Shown: positions 1 to 8,541 of the stretch, one piece after another
Layout: every line of letters starts with the position of its first letter
How positions within the stretch are numbered: position 1 is the first letter of the stretch
Virus record (IMG/VR): IMGVR_UViG_3300023443_000129
Location: 1 to 39,772 of that record
Direction: 5' to 3' (one strand)
DNA: 39,772 nucleotides
Source of the DNA: a virus
The notes under the pieces: model-generated
Told to the model about the DNA's origin: nothing
The model's database searches: none
Seen by the model: only the letters and a program-made list of their open reading frames with translations
Program-made: the position numbers and the translations under genes

Positions 1-144
1 AGACTCTTGACTGCCTATCGATTGCTCTAAGTCAGTTATCAGGCCATCAACCTTCGATAGCTTGGCTTCTAACTTCGCATCCTTCGCGTCAAACTCTTTA
101 CCTCTTGCCGCTAGGGTTTGCGTTTTCTGTGTGTAATCAGACTC
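1..144. repeat. Terminal direct repeat, copy 1 (identical to 39629-39772)
   Basis: Compared by eye: 1-144 equals 39629-39772 base for base. The repeat lies inside an open reading frame, so it is most likely a circular-assembly overlap or terminal redundancy. Confidence 0.9.
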
Positions 145-408
145 TCTTAAAGTGCCTTTCTTCCATTCCTGAATCTGTTCAAGGGTGACCTCTTCGTCAT
201 CTATTAGATAGACTCCAGGTTCCTCGACTTCTTCATCCGGTGTGTTGGCGGATACTGACTCTTCGCTTTCCTCTTCGGCTTGCGCTTCAGGTTCAGCGGG
301 GGCTTCTAGTTCATCAACTTCCTCAGAGGGTGCTTCTTCCGAAGTCTCTGGCTTACGTTGATCTTTTAAATATGCTAATGCGTCTTGTGAATTATCCAAA
401 GATTCCAT
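1..408 (-). CDS. Scaffolding-like protein, N-terminal part of a gene that wraps the window ends (continues 39628 down to 39107; 309 aa after removing the duplicate 144 bp)
   Basis: ATG at 408 (MESLDNSQDALAYLKDQRKPE...) and the frame is open to base 1. Codon phase at 144 equals phase at 39772. Acidic and coiled-coil rich; lies between the portal and major capsid genes. Confidence 0.6.
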   Translation of the reverse strand, partial: MESLDNSQDALAYLKDQRKPETSEEAPSEEVDELEAPAEPEAQAEEESEESVSANTPDEEVEEPGVYLIDDEEVTLEQIQEWKKGTLRESDYTQKTQTLAARGKEFDAKDAKLEAKLSKVDGLITDLEQSIGSQES

Positions 409-422
409 TGCTGGGTGATCCT

Positions 423-728
423 CTATAGTCCGATTAATTGTTTAGCTTTGTCCATTAGGGTTATGGTCTGTTGACCAATAGCACCGTCAGTCATTACTGA
501 TTTAAAGTAACCTTCAAACTTCTTTATTGTCTGCATCTTGCGCCAGATCTCATCACGTTCGTCTGACTCTTTGAACTCTGTTGAGCAGAACTTGCTGTAT
601 AAATCGCCCTTGATAGCTGTTATGGCCTCGATAACCATTGGATCAGCCATTACCTGGCTAGCTCTGGTGGCTCGGCTTATATCGTTAGTGGCTTTGTTAC
701 GCTGCTCTATTGCCGTTACGTTATCCAT
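423..728 (-). CDS. Hypothetical head-module protein
   Basis: 101-aa ORF. The start overlaps the portal stop by 8 nt and the stop is 14 nt before the scaffold ATG. No motif recognised. Confidence 0.6.
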   Translation of the reverse strand: MDNVTAIEQRNKATNDISRATRASQVMADPMVIEAITAIKGDLYSKFCSTEFKESDERDEIWRKMQTIKKFEGYFKSVMTDGAIGQQTITLMDKAKQLIGL

Positions 729-2730
729 TGCTGCCCTTCCCTGGTATGTCCACTTCGTTCTCTACTTCTAGTTTAGTATATTTAAACTCCATATCTACCA
801 TGAATTGGCGCATGTTCTGCTCCATCTCGGCAATCTGGGCTGTATGCTTGGCCTCTGCTTCCATTAGCTTAACTGTATTGTCAGTCTGAGCCTTAAGTAA
901 TGTAGCCTCTGCCCTTACTTGCTCGGCCTCAGCTAATGGATTCTTAGCATTTGCCTGGAACTGTTCAACCATACCCATTAACTGCTCGTTCTCTGCTAAC
1001 AGGGTTTCTTGTGGCTTCTCAGGGTTATTAAAGTAGTTATCTACTCTATGTAATCCCATTGCCTGTACAGTCTTAGTCAGTACGTTATAGGTCTTCTTCT
1101 CATCAACTAACACTGAGCCTGTAGCTTTCATTTGAGCCTGTATCGACAATAGAGCGCCCATATTCTGTAGTACTTCTTGGTTGTCACCTGCAGCTAAACC
1201 TACGTTAGAGATTAGATGACTGTCATGTCTCCATAACTTAGGCGTAATAGTAATAGGGTTACCGGTAACCATGATCTCTTTCTGATCGTTGTTGTATCTG
1301 GACGTTAACCATACTAACCCTTCGAATAGATCTCTCAATCCAGTCTCGGCAATCACCCTAATGACTAGCTCTACCTTGGCTGCTGCAGCATCGGCTACAC
1401 CCTCGAACCTTGTTGCTGTTTCATTGTATAACTTATCAGCATCTAGTCCTTGGTTGGCTAGCATCTGACCTGTCGACGCTGCCTGAGTTGAGTCTACATA
1501 CTGAATAACCTGCAGCGCTTTGTCACCAATGTAAGGCGTTTCAAGCTGAGCTACTGCCATTCGTGGGTCTGTTGCTGTAGTTCTTACAATTCCGTTGGCT
1601 CTTTGAACCAGCAAGTCATCGATGTTAGTCACATCTTCATTGACTACTACTCGGCCACCATTAACCCGGTAGATATTGTCTAATACCTGTCTGATTAGCA
1701 CAGTCTTGATTCGTTGAGTCTGTAGGGTGACCTCGGCTCTACTTCTGCCTATCACTGTATAAGGCATTAAGATAGCTGATGAGATAGCGTAAGGAACGTG
1801 ACCGAAGTACTCATTATCTAATAGCTTATTGCCAGCCAGGATTACCCTTCGTCTCTCTGGTACTCCATCGCCATCGTAATCAACCAGTATGTACAGGTCG
1901 TAGACTTTGATAATCTCAGAGGCCCAATGTGATACGTCGTTGGTCTCATCTAATCCGCCCTCATCTCTGTGTCTAATAGCAGGTAGGGCAGATTTATCTT
2001 CTTTCTCGTTAGCAGGTAGGGATTTAACCAAGTCCTCATCATAACCTTGAGCTATTAACTCGCCTCTAGTCATGAAGGAGTAATCACCTACTAACTCAGC
2101 GTCATCTTTAGTTTCAGAGTTAGGAGTGATTAGGAAGGCTTCACTAGGAACGCCTCTAATGTCATTACGCTTAATGGTTTGGTCTAGCTTGAACTTAACG
2201 TAGTGACCATCCTCATCTACTGCCTGCTCGATAATGTCATCGTCTGGTATGTCAGCAAGGATCATAGCCAGCTCAGTTTCATCTAAGCCATCGTATTCAA
2301 TCTCATCCTTCTTTTCTTCCTCGACATACTCGTATTTTAATACGCCTACCTTTTGGATTAGAGTGGCTTTACAAAAGTCATGTATAACCTTAAAGCCGCC
2401 CTTCTGGTGTCTGACCATCCAGTTTATATACTGAGTCTTCTGGAGTGCTGCAGCTGTTTCTACTTCATTAGCTGCCACCGGCTCAAACGTCATTATGTCA
2501 GCTGAACCAAGTAACGCCCTTACTACAGAAGGCATGTCACTCTCGATTACATCAGCCACATCCGTAGAAGTAACCTGACTAGACCCCTCCATCTCATCAC
2601 CATAAGGATCACCAAGATATCTCTGGTAGAAGTCCTCATTCTTTTTGATGTACTCGCCTTGATTATTAACCGCCAAATCTTTAGCTGAGTTAACAATCGC
2701 AAGTAGTTCGGAGTCTGTCATTTTAGCCAT
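721..2730 (-). CDS. Portal protein
   Basis: 669 aa, the next large gene after TerL in the direction of transcription. Size and position are typical of a podovirus portal. Confidence 0.7.
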   Translation of the reverse strand: MAKMTDSELLAIVNSAKDLAVNNQGEYIKKNEDFYQRYLGDPYGDEMEGSSQVTSTDVADVIESDMPSVVRALLGSADIMTFEPVAANEVETAAALQKTQYINWMVRHQKGGFKVIHDFCKATLIQKVGVLKYEYVEEEKKDEIEYDGLDETELAMILADIPDDDIIEQAVDEDGHYVKFKLDQTIKRNDIRGVPSEAFLITPNSETKDDAELVGDYSFMTRGELIAQGYDEDLVKSLPANEKEDKSALPAIRHRDEGGLDETNDVSHWASEIIKVYDLYILVDYDGDGVPERRRVILAGNKLLDNEYFGHVPYAISSAILMPYTVIGRSRAEVTLQTQRIKTVLIRQVLDNIYRVNGGRVVVNEDVTNIDDLLVQRANGIVRTTATDPRMAVAQLETPYIGDKALQVIQYVDSTQAASTGQMLANQGLDADKLYNETATRFEGVADAAAAKVELVIRVIAETGLRDLFEGLVWLTSRYNNDQKEIMVTGNPITITPKLWRHDSHLISNVGLAAGDNQEVLQNMGALLSIQAQMKATGSVLVDEKKTYNVLTKTVQAMGLHRVDNYFNNPEKPQETLLAENEQLMGMVEQFQANAKNPLAEAEQVRAEATLLKAQTDNTVKLMEAEAKHTAQIAEMEQNMRQFMVDMEFKYTKLEVENEVDIPGKGSNG

Positions 2731-2732
2731 GA

Positions 2733-2912
2733 TTAAGCCTTCAAGTTATCTGCAGATGCTTTCTTTAGTTTCTTCTTAGGTTCTGGCTTATCTTCAACGT
2801 CTACAACTCCGGCTACTGTTCGGGGAGTCTTGTTAAGTACATTCATCTTACGCTCAAGGGTTTCTACCTGTTCACGTAGTCCGTTTATCTCTTGTTGCAT
2901 CTTTATGCTCAT
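2733..2912 (-). CDS. Small coiled-coil protein (59 aa, below the ORF-track cutoff)
   Basis: ATG overlaps the TerL stop (ATGA) and the TAA is 2 nt before the portal ATG. Sequence MSIKMQQEINGLREQVETLERKMNVL... with a Lys-rich tail. Confidence 0.5.
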   Translation of the reverse strand: MSIKMQQEINGLREQVETLERKMNVLNKTPRTVAGVVDVEDKPEPKKKLKKASADNLKA

Positions 2913-4330
2913 GCTATTGCCACCTTGCCGTAGTTAATTGAAGACCACTTTTGAATCTTGGGGAATCTTAAACCCATCATTATACAGTCCGACTCGTTAG
3001 GTGATGTTATCTGGTGTCTGCTTAACATCTCTTGCTTGGTCATGATCTGTATAAACCCGTTGTTGTTTGGCTTCTTTGGTATCCTGCATATCTCAGACTT
3101 AAGGTTCTCAATGTTCTCAATGTTGGAGCTAAATGATATCAACTCCTCTACATCTATTACCTTCTCATCATTGATTACCGCTTTATAAGTCCTGTAACAC
3201 CTGTCTCTAAGATTCCAATAATACTGAGCACGTTTATTCTTGAACATGTGCTTATTAAGTGTTTGAGCTTTAGAGTCTTCTATATCCTGGTACTTATCAT
3301 CAGGATTATCCGGCGACTCACTACCTTTGAACATCTCCAGCTTGATCGACTTACCATCTAGGGCTGCTGCGATCTCTCGCTTAAGACTTGCCCCTAATCC
3401 GTCACCGTCCCAGCTGAACACATCCACGTTATTCTGAATAGCTGCTTCTAATGCTACGTCACAGTTATCGTTTACATCTTTCTTATCGTATGACTTTGAC
3501 TCAAGTATAACCGAACCATGGCGTATTGCGTAGGCTGCTGCATCTTTACCCACATCACTTGGATCGTGGCTTAGTATCTTCTGCCCTCTTGGCTTAAACC
3601 CTAGCTTAATGTGAGCATCAATACATGCCTCGAACCACTCTTGAGGGATTATCGAGTCTTCAACCTCATCATTAAATCCGCCTTCCCAGATATGATTGTA
3701 CTTAGCTGTTGACCAGTTCTCTTTGTTATCTAGTCGCTGCTGGTCTAGTTCCTCTGGAAAGAATGGATTGTCTTTGTGGTTGATTAGAATGATTAGCCTT
3801 AGATTGTCCTCATAGTATCCGTTCTTTAGTATCTCTTTGTGAAATGGATTAATGAACTCTTGGCTGAACGGATCTGAACTGGATTGAGGGTTGGCAGTAA
3901 ACCAGCATTCTGAACCGGCTTGTCTAATGGTAGGTAGTAGATCATCGATACTCTTCTGAGACATGGTTTGAGCTTCTTCGACCCATGAGTACTTGAATCC
4001 GTGAGCTGATTTTATAGCTGCCGTGTCTCGACTCATTCCTTTGTATCTGAAGCCACCACCACCGGTAAAGTCTATCTTACTGTCTGTAATACTTGAGCCA
4101 TGAACGTCTAGCCTATCTATCTCTGCCTTGAGTAGAGCGTGTACCGAGTCACTGATAGAGTTCTGATACTCTCTTAAGCACATTACATTAGCTTGCTCTG
4201 TCTGGGACTTCATAATGAGAGCGCCACCTACACCCATTGATTTGCCTGAACCCCTGCCACCTATGATTATCTTTAATCGCTTAGGTGTGTTGACTATAGG
4301 TAGTAGCTTACTCGGAAGCTGTAGGCGCAT
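2909..4330 (-). CDS. terL: Terminase large subunit
   Basis: 473 aa with Walker A IIIGGRGSGKS and Walker B-like YSWVEEAQ, plus a C-terminal nuclease-size domain. Overlaps TerS by 23 nt. Confidence 0.85.
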   Translation of the reverse strand: MRLQLPSKLLPIVNTPKRLKIIIGGRGSGKSMGVGGALIMKSQTEQANVMCLREYQNSISDSVHALLKAEIDRLDVHGSSITDSKIDFTGGGGFRYKGMSRDTAAIKSAHGFKYSWVEEAQTMSQKSIDDLLPTIRQAGSECWFTANPQSSSDPFSQEFINPFHKEILKNGYYEDNLRLIILINHKDNPFFPEELDQQRLDNKENWSTAKYNHIWEGGFNDEVEDSIIPQEWFEACIDAHIKLGFKPRGQKILSHDPSDVGKDAAAYAIRHGSVILESKSYDKKDVNDNCDVALEAAIQNNVDVFSWDGDGLGASLKREIAAALDGKSIKLEMFKGSESPDNPDDKYQDIEDSKAQTLNKHMFKNKRAQYYWNLRDRCYRTYKAVINDEKVIDVEELISFSSNIENIENLKSEICRIPKKPNNNGFIQIMTKQEMLSRHQITSPNESDCIMMGLRFPKIQKWSSINYGKVAIA

Positions 4331-4691
4331 TCATTACCTCTACTGTCCACTTATGTTCTTGAGGCTTGCCGCCTGGTCCTGATATCTCTTGGTCCTGCTT
4401 ATCATGGAATCCATGCTTACCTAAAGCCAGCTTAACAATGTTGCTGTTTAGGTTACCTAGTAGCCCACCATTCATCAGAACTCTTTGCTGACTGGTCTTA
4501 CATTGAGCTAATATCTCCGAAAACTCATTGTCTTCTTGACTTGCCCAATCATATAGTGTTGATTCTGCTATCTTTATCGCACAAGACATTCCGACCACAC
4601 TGGGTATGGCGTCGTCATGCTCTTTGTAGTTCGCTATGTATTCCAAAGCCTGCTCTACGATCTCTGGAGTGTACTTAGTTGGTCTTGCCAT
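4308..4691 (-). CDS. terS: Terminase small subunit (N-terminal HTH type)
   Basis: 127 aa. MARPTKYTPEIVEQALEYIA...STLYDWAS is the usual small-terminase HTH opening. Sits immediately upstream of terL. Confidence 0.65.
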   Translation of the reverse strand: MARPTKYTPEIVEQALEYIANYKEHDDAIPSVVGMSCAIKIAESTLYDWASQEDNEFSEILAQCKTSQQRVLMNGGLLGNLNSNIVKLALGKHGFHDKQDQEISGPGGKPQEHKWTVEVMNAPTASE

Positions 4692-4729
4692 AGTGTCATT
4701 CCTTATATCAGGGTCATGACTGGTTAGTA

Positions 4730-4942
4730 TTACTCGCCCATATTGGCGTTTATCTTGCCGGTTACAGCAGTCTTTGCTGTAGCCTTAGCTGTTTCCATTG
4801 CTGCCGGGGTAGTTGGCGTATTGAACTCTGTATAGAATCTGTGCCTCTTTTCTCCCTGCATATAATCACCGCGTACAGATATAACCCTGCCGAACTCTTT
4901 TGGCTCCATGCTGAACGTTACGTCGTCGCTAGTGATAGTCAC
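4730..4942 (-). CDS. Hypothetical protein
   Basis: 70-aa ORF with a GTG start overlapped by the stop of the upstream micro-ORF. Confidence 0.5.
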   Translation of the reverse strand: MTITSDDVTFSMEPKEFGRVISVRGDYMQGEKRHRFYTEFNTPTTPAAMETAKATAKTAVTGKINANMGE

Positions 4943-5031
4943 TTCTTAACCTTTTTAACTGTACGCTTCTTAGCTTGCTTCTTCTTTGTAGTAGCTGCTC
5001 TTTGTCCACGTTTGGGTAGTTTATGAGCCAT
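4939..5031 (-). CDS. Lys/Arg-rich micro-ORF (30 aa)
   Basis: MAHKLPKRGQRAATTKKKQAKKRTVKKVKK. The ATG overlaps the upstream stop (TAATG) and the TGA overlaps the downstream GTG start. Confidence 0.35.
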   Translation of the reverse strand: MAHKLPKRGQRAATTKKKQAKKRTVKKVKK

Positions 5032-5318
5032 TAGATTAGACCCTTAACATGCTCGATAAACTGATTCTTGCTCATATCTGGGAAATACTTATAGAGCGAC
5101 TTAGCGCTGGCCAATCCTGCTTGAGCCTCTGCAAAGGAGACTAGACCTTTCTGGGTTTCGAATATCTCTGCTCTAGCCGCCTTAACCATCTTATTTGTAG
5201 AGTCATCAGCTTGAATCACTGCTTTCAATTCATTCAGCTTGGCTTGAATAGGGGCTTTCTTAGCCTCTAGAGCGTGAAACATATTCGATTCACTTTCTGT
5301 AAATTCACCTGTTTGCAT
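5031..5318 (-). CDS. Hypothetical protein
   Basis: 95-aa helical ORF that abuts the upstream gene. Confidence 0.55.
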   Translation of the reverse strand: MQTGEFTESESNMFHALEAKKAPIQAKLNELKAVIQADDSTNKMVKAARAEIFETQKGLVSFAEAQAGLASAKSLYKYFPDMSKNQFIEHVKGLI

Positions 5319-5732
5319 TTATTCCACCGTCCATGAGCTAGTAGTCCAATCTAAAGTTAGGGTCTCGGCTGATGCCAAGGTTAAATCTTGACCAAAGTCG
5401 AACCAAAATACAATGGGGTCTAATGGGCTTGCCGGGGTGTTGTTGTAAATACCCACATGTCTAAACGTTGCTACTGCCCCTGATGCCGTCAATACGAGAT
5501 CAGTAAATAGATGCGTTAATATGCCTGAAGTCTGCCCACTTGAGTTTGTGGTGAGGTCACGAGTACTTAGATTCGTGTAGCTTATTTCGGTAATGTCAGC
5601 CAGCACAGCATTAGCCACAACTGGAATATTAGCGTGAGTGGTCAGGAATACGGTAAATTGGTCAGTGGATGACGTGTAAACCCCTTCTTCTTTATCCTCT
5701 ACGACTTGATAGAACTTCGTTGCTGCGACCAT
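5319..5732 (-). CDS. Fibre-associated hypothetical protein
   Basis: I chose the ATG at 5732, which overlaps the fibre stop (TAATG) and gives 137 aa. The C-terminus TSSWTVE echoes the fibre C-terminus TTWTVQ. Confidence 0.55.
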   Translation of the reverse strand: MVAATKFYQVVEDKEEGVYTSSTDQFTVFLTTHANIPVVANAVLADITEISYTNLSTRDLTTNSSGQTSGILTHLFTDLVLTASGAVATFRHVGIYNNTPASPLDPIVFWFDFGQDLTLASAETLTLDWTTSSWTVE

Positions 5733-7534
5733 TATTGTACCGTCCACGTAGTTGATGAATCTGTTTGGTTAGTCCAGGTTGTTGCTGCGTTAGCCTGGGC
5801 AGACCATGAAGTAGATGAATCCGCTTGTACTGTCCATGGGTCAGATGAAGACGGCAATGCTATATCTGTTACTGAGTAAGTATAGCTTACAGAGTCAGCA
5901 CTTAAAACCCTAGCTGTCAACAGTCCTGCATCGGTAACTGTGTAAGTATATGCCACCGTATCGGCTGTTAGTGTCTGCCCTAGATTTAAGTCAGCATCCG
6001 TAACTGAGTACGTATAAGGTACGGTCTCTGTTGTTATCACACTACCAAGCAGAAGGTTTATATCTGTGACTGCGTAGTTGTAGGCTGTGGATTCGGCGAC
6101 TAATACCCGATCTACTTGAAAATCTATCGCCGTGGCAGTGTATGAATATGATACTGATTCAGCTGTTAGAGTGAAGTCGCCTACAGGCGTAAAAGTAAGC
6201 GTTACGTCCGTTGGCGTGTAAGTGTACGATACACTCTCGGTTACAAGGTTTATGCCTCTTTGCAGGTCTACAGCTGTTGGTGTATATGTGTACGATACTG
6301 ATTCAGCAGTTAGAGTATTGCCAGCTTCATCAGCCTCCTCAATCAGAAGCCCCCACATTTTAAGCCCGGTGCTTGGCTCGGCTACTGAGAATTCTGCGTC
6401 ATAACCGTCAGAGGTAAATTCAGTCAGTGTGCCCACGTAACTCTCAGTACTACCCTCGTTTAGCGAGTCAAACATGGTCGCGCCTGAGATGGTGCCGTTA
6501 TTCATTACTGTAGCGCCATCTTCAACGCTCATTGAATTACAGTATTGATTATCTGCGTCTGCTGTTAGTAGTGATGCACCTGCTACGGATGCAAAGGTGT
6601 CAAACGCTGTATTCTCAGTCATCATCCCGTATAGAAAACCAGGCGTGAAAGAGGCTCCGGAGTAATCAAAGCTACCTGTTGCGGTGGGCATGGTATCGGT
6701 GAAGACTTGAATAGCTGGGGAGTTTGTAAGCGTTAACGCAAGATAAACTGTAACGTCACCACCTGGACTACCTGAGTTTATATTGACGTCCCAGCCTGCT
6801 GCTACTGGGGTATCTAAGTATGACTCCCACTGGGTTGCATCTGAAATTGATTGTGCTTGTGATGAGGCTGTAGTGCCTGCTTCGAACGTTTCTTGGTTGG
6901 CTCTCTGGGTGGATGCGTTGTTATTGCTTCCCCACGTTGAACCGGCTTGATTGGAATTAATGAAATCAACTACGCCTAAATGATAGCTGGCTTGTGTTGC
7001 AATGCCTGATGTGGCGTTTGATGCAATGTTGCCCAGAAATACAAGGCTTGGAGCTGCTGAGAATCCGAGACCATTGAACGTGTTTCCGCCGTTCTCGTTA
7101 GTGTAAGTCCCTACTCCAGCCTCAGCTACATCATCACCACCAATCAAAATACATGTTACAAAAGCAGCTACACCGGCATTGTTGTTTGTTATGTCGATTA
7201 CAACGTTATCAGTATTGAATGAGTCAAAATCACCCTCATAAGCTAATGTACCAGCGCCTACCAGGGCATATAAGCATTTAGTACTAGATATAGCTCTCTG
7301 GGTATTAGACGTAGCTAAGCCATCCTCATCAGCTACAGCTATCCCGAAATTGCCTGTACCGTCCGTAACTCCCCAACCCATAGCGGCGTCGACTGTCAAA
7401 GTAGAATCGGCTGTACAGAGCGTAGGAATGAATATGGCAGCTTTTGGAGTACCAAACCCAGATACAGTAAAGGTCTCTAAGCCGGTATCCGTTCGGATAG
7501 CCTGCCTGACAACTGCCATCCTAAAATCAGCCAT
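5732..7534 (-). CDS. Tail fibre-like protein with internal tandem repeats
   Basis: 600 aa, rich in Thr/Ser/Gly/Asn. Carries seven 22-aa repeats and four 10-aa Trp repeats at the C-terminus. Confidence 0.6.
   Translation of the reverse strand: MADFRMAVVRQAIRTDTGLETFTVSGFGTPKAAIFIPTLCTADSTLTVDAAMGWGVTDGTGNFGIAVADEDGLATSNTQRAISSTKCLYALVGAGTLAYEGDFDSFNTDNVVIDITNNNAGVAAFVTCILIGGDDVAEAGVGTYTNENGGNTFNGLGFSAAPSLVFLGNIASNATSGIATQASYHLGVVDFINSNQAGSTWGSNNNASTQRANQETFEAGTTASSQAQSISDATQWESYLDTPVAAGWDVNINSGSPGGDVTVYLALTLTNSPAIQVFTDTMPTATGSFDYSGASFTPGFLYGMMTENTAFDTFASVAGASLLTADADNQYCNSMSVEDGATVMNNGTISGATMFDSLNEGSTESYVGTLTEFTSDGYDAEFSVAEPSTGLKMWGLLIEEADEAGNTLTAESVSYTYTPTAVDLQRGINLVTESVSYTYTPTDVTLTFTPVGDFTLTAESVSYSYTATAIDFQVDRVLVAESTAYNYAVTDINLLLGSVITTETVPYTYSVTDADLNLGQTLTADTVAYTYTVTDAGLLTARVLSADSVSYTYSVTDIALPSSSDPWTVQADSSTSWSAQANAATTWTNQTDSSTTWTVQ
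5855..6316 (-). repeat. Coding tandem repeat, seven units of about 66 nt (22 aa, one unit 26 aa)
   Basis: The core [AT][ED][ST]V.Y.Y..T starts at aa 410, 432, 458, 480, 502, 524 and 546 of the 600-aa protein. Confidence 0.8.
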
Positions 7535-7848
7535 TAACTAAAGCTCGCTATTCTAGCCCAGAAAATATCTTTATCGGTGTAATCACTGCCTACCCTTCTA
7601 GTGATCTCTGCCAGAATAAGCAGGTCGAAAAACTCACGTAAACGCGCGACAGGATCGGCACTAGTAGAGATGGCTACCCAAATGGTCTGCATATCGGTCT
7701 GCTGGTCTTGAGTGAGGTTGAGCGCAGTAATAATACCTTGTACCGTTAGCTTGCCTCTGTGTAGTTCTCGGAAAGAGGATGTAACGCTGTGTACGGAAAT
7801 CCTCTCACCATCCAGGCCTACCATTCTCTCAAACAAAGTAACCATCAT
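7534..7848 (-). CDS. Hypothetical protein
   Basis: 104-aa ORF with start and stop each sharing 1 nt with its neighbours. Confidence 0.55.
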   Translation of the reverse strand: MMVTLFERMVGLDGERISVHSVTSSFRELHRGKLTVQGIITALNLTQDQQTDMQTIWVAISTSADPVARLREFFDLLILAEITRRVGSDYTDKDIFWARIASFS

Positions 7849-8165
7849 TACCCCTTAGATAAACTTGGTGGATCTGATAAAACACATTCAGGCTCTACTA
7901 GCATTATTGTGCCATCATCAGTACAGTCGATTATTGTACATGCTCTAGCCTGTATAAATAACATTCTACAGCCATCAATTTGAATCGTGAAGCTTACAGT
8001 TCCTTTGGGTAGCTCCATCATCTTAGACCGCTCTTGATCGCCTAAGTAGTTACCCCATATCTCAAAATTTACGGTATCTGAGTTATCACCTTTGGGGCTT
8101 AGATTAATAGTTCGATCTGCGGCAAATGCTGATACTGAAAATAGCATTAAGAATATGAATCGCAT
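7848..8165 (-). CDS. Secreted protein with a Sec-type signal peptide
   Basis: MRFIFLMLFSVSAFA/ADR signal sequence; 105 aa. Confidence 0.55.
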   Translation of the reverse strand: MRFIFLMLFSVSAFAADRTINLSPKGDNSDTVNFEIWGNYLGDQERSKMMELPKGTVSFTIQIDGCRMLFIQARACTIIDCTDDGTIMLVEPECVLSDPPSLSKG

Positions 8166-8310
8166 ATAACCCCCATAACATAGTTACATTGAATTATACA
8201 CTATAAACGCTTAAAGGGACCGTAGGCCATGGAATAGACAAATATGATTATCACTGTGAAGAATAACCCCAGCCGCAAGGGGAGACAAACGGCCAGGGCT
8301 ATTTGGGGAA

Positions 8311-8541
8311 CTACTTTTTTTGAGTGTAGATTAAATACAATGATACTACTGAGCTAATGAGAGTCACCCAGTGGTTAGATGGATCTATCTGAGTTAATGC
8401 TGTGGCTGATGCTACTAAACCCGCTACACCGGCATAGGTTGAGCCTTGTTTAAGTCTGTGGACCTCTGCATCCTTAACCTTATCGAACTCATCCCAAAAC
8501 CTGGTCTTAACTGTATCTCTGAATCTAGTCCACTTACTCAT
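8311..8541 (-). CDS. Holin-like two-TM membrane protein
   Basis: 76 aa with two hydrophobic helices (AGVAGLVASATALTQI and WVTLISSVVSLYLIY) and a 4-nt overlap with the upstream gene. Confidence 0.4.
   Translation of the reverse strand: MSKWTRFRDTVKTRFWDEFDKVKDAEVHRLKQGSTYAGVAGLVASATALTQIDPSNHWVTLISSVVSLYLIYTQKK

Noticed and set aside
240-771. Plus-strand ORFs 240-428 and 538-771
   Set aside because: They are antisense to the scaffold and 423-728 genes, have no SD and have odd composition. The same reasoning applies to the other antisense ORFs listed in the track inside larger genes: 2234-2434, 2958-3188, 4841-5026, 6222-6404, 7350-7541, 7789-7983, 8446-8667, 9041-9343, 9891-10088, 11547-11762, 12043-12243, 12327-12742, 13067-13306, 15308-15538, 17592-17780, 21822-22016, 23350-23553, 23808-24035, 26418-26600, and all plus-strand ORFs between 26834 and 39129.
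5855-6316. Tandem repeats considered as a CRISPR array or DGR variable region
   Set aside because: The repeats are in-frame coding units of 66 nt without spacer architecture. There is no reverse transcriptase and no template-repeat copy elsewhere in the genome.
8262-8285. CCCC-8 nt-GGGG hairpin after the holin-like gene
   Set aside because: A 4-bp stem with an 8-nt loop and a poor U-tract is not convincing as a terminator.
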